Below are positions 49,210 through 51,281 of a DNA stretch of 51,281 bases, in pieces (position 1 is the first letter of the stretch; the number at the start of each line of letters is the position of its first letter). Origin of the DNA: Octopus bimaculoides (Eukaryota); NCBI RefSeq assembly GCF_001194135.2, contig NC_068989.1, positions 76,369,925-76,421,205 of the forward strand, read 5' to 3'. The notes below the pieces were generated by a model. That model did no database searches, had not been told where the DNA came from, and saw only the letters and a list, made by a program, of their open reading frames with translations. Both the position numbers and the translations under genes were made by a program.

Positions 49210-49850
49210 GGGTGAAGATGCTAGTCGATTACAGTACATTTCTGGTACTTACTTTATAGACCCTGAAAGGATGAAAGGGAACGTTGACTCTAGCCGGAAT
49301 GAACAGAAACGGAAGAAATAATGGAGAGCGTTTTTTCCGAATGCTTTAACGATTCTGTCAATCTCCCTCAGTTAATGGTTTTTAATTTATGAGTAGGACA
49401 CCTGTTATTTTGTTAGGAAGCGAGGGTGTAAGTCGATACTATCACCCCCAGTACCTGTCAGATTCTTTGGATGAAAGTGGGGATTTGAACTCAGGACGTA
49501 ATGAGTTGGAAGTAATAACCCAAATTTCTACGCTTTAACTATTCTTTCAACTCGCCGCCTATAATTGTTCTTAGTTTAGGCACAAGAAAGCAGTTCTGAT
49601 GAATTAATCGATACCACCGACCAAGTATATGGTACTTTGTCAACCCTGCAAAGAAAAAGATGATCATGGCACTGTTTCAGCTCAGAGCGTAAAGATCCGG
49701 AACGAACATTCAAAGCAACTTAACATGTTCCAACGGTTCTTTCAATCCAGTGCCGTTTCCAAAGTTGAATTTGAAGCTCCCACCTCACAGAGGAAACAAA
49801 CGCCGCAAATATTATATCCGACGTTCTAACGACTCTGCCTTACCGCGTGA
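49210..49850 (-). mobile_element. Cluster of fragmented dominant-SINE copies
   Basis: Repeated GGATGAAAG..., GATTTGAACTCAG and CCGACGTTCTAACGACTCTGCC reverse-strand motifs. Confidence 0.6.
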
Positions 49851-50572
49851 TTAAAGATAACGAATTCTTTTATTGGCCAAAAAGCCTATGACGTTGAGGA
49901 AAACACACAGTTGAACGCAAGGGGGCACAACAAACGAGGAAGTGAGATATTTTCATCTGGTAAATGAATAAAATCAACCAAGCATAAAAAAATGTCTTTC
50001 CGATAGAAACAGAACAGCATAGATTTGGGCACGAGTACTCTCGATTCTATAGACGTCTAGTTATTGATCTGTATTAATTAATTTGTATCACCGCCGCTGT
50101 TTAAAATGAAGTTGGTTTGGTACAATTTGTAGAAAGGGTTACTCATACACATACTCTTCCTCAAACTTATATAAAAACCCGAAGTAGAAATTTCACATAA
50201 TATCAGTTCGAATCAGACATTAAAAAAATATTATCTTAAATCAATGCTTCATATCGAGACATATGATTGAAAATTGGCAAATTTTCATGTTTGATATAAT
50301 TAAAATAGTTTTGAACGCATATACACGAACAAAATTGTTGCAGAAAAAAAGCAAAAAAAAAAAGAAGAATCCTATGAAAACGAACCCTCTTATGACTTCT
50401 TGTTAATAAAGAGAAAATGAGGTGAACATTTCTTTAATATTTTTGGGTAGGGGATGGATGGTTTTTGACAGTTTGAAATTCACCATGTCAAATCTGAAAT
50501 TTTAAAATTTGTTCATGTAAAGGGCGACAACTACTAGCAACTAATTTCAGTTATACAAAAGGTCCGCCTCAT

Positions 50573-50608
<36 letters not shown>

Positions 50609-50808
50609 TATATATAATGTGTGTGTGTTTCAGCGAATTCATTAATAATTACATTATAAGTAGATTCATATACAATGCCCCTTAAGACGTTTGAAAGAAA
50701 TATACTCACTGACCACTTATTGATTGCTTCTTTACACAAGCACACACAAACACACAAGCACACACACACACGAGCACACACACACACACACAGAGACACA
50801 CACGCAAA

Positions 50809-50859
<51 letters not shown>

Positions 50860-51113
50860 ACACACACAAACTGCATAAATGCATTTACATATCTCTTCAA
50901 TAATTTGTCGGTTTTGATAACAAATCGCATTTTTTTTTTACTCTGCTACATTTAAAATTATATTGTTATCTTTTTTTTCTTGTATTTTCTTGCTTAAAAC
51001 TGAATTTCTTCCATTATATTTTATATGCTTTTTGGTATACTCTCCTCACGCGCGCGCACACACACACACACACACATGGATAAGACGCTCATGTAATATT
51101 GGTTTGATTCTCA

Positions 51114-51281
51114 GGCGGTGAGCTGGCAGGAACGTTAACACGACGGGCGAAATGCTTAACCGTATTTCGTCTGTCTTTACGTTCTGAGTTCAAATTCCAC
51201 CGAGGTTCACTTTGCCTTCATCCTTTTGGGGTCGATAAATTAAGTACCAGTTGCATACTGGGGTCGATCTAATGGACTGGC
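51114..51281 (+). mobile_element. Dominant SINE, young copy, cut by window edge
   Basis: GGCGGTGAGCTGGCAGGAACGTTAAC...GAGTTCAAATTCCACCGAGG...GGGGTCGATAAATTAAGTACC. Confidence 0.9.

Overview
AT-rich, microsatellite-dense animal genomic DNA from a gapped short-read assembly with many N runs, nearly all flanked by microsatellites. The SINE, LINE and mariner repertoire looks like an octopus (cephalopod) genome; this is an inference from repeat families recognised by eye. Most ORF-track entries are microsatellite or repeat artefacts. Reading splice signals by hand gives two same-strand, single-pass membrane-protein genes in tandem. Gene A is represented by its 3' part: a possible stalk exon, a TM exon at 6158-6251 and a last cytoplasmic exon at 7541-7697. 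Gene B has a signal-peptide exon at 16823-16931, a TM exon at 40793-40901 and a cytoplasmic exon at 42386-42567; its ectodomain exons are unresolved. Both genes share the phase-1/TM/phase-2 layout and carry an ITIM-like Tyr motif. The main signal absent from the ORF track is a set of minimal type-I hammerhead ribozyme motifs with palindromic stem III (11710, 19614, 20704, plus homologous fragments at 18755 and 21345). These are of the kind associated with Penelope-like elements and retrozymes, and a Penelope GIY-YIG relic lies at 29353-29652. Other elements include two mariner relics, RTE and CR1-type LINE fragments, a deleted pogo-like family keeping a PHD-finger mini-ORF, a possible Crypton-like ORF, nested SINE arrays and two codon-length tandem repeats. 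Repeat boundaries are approximate (about +/-20 bp) and no database searches were run.
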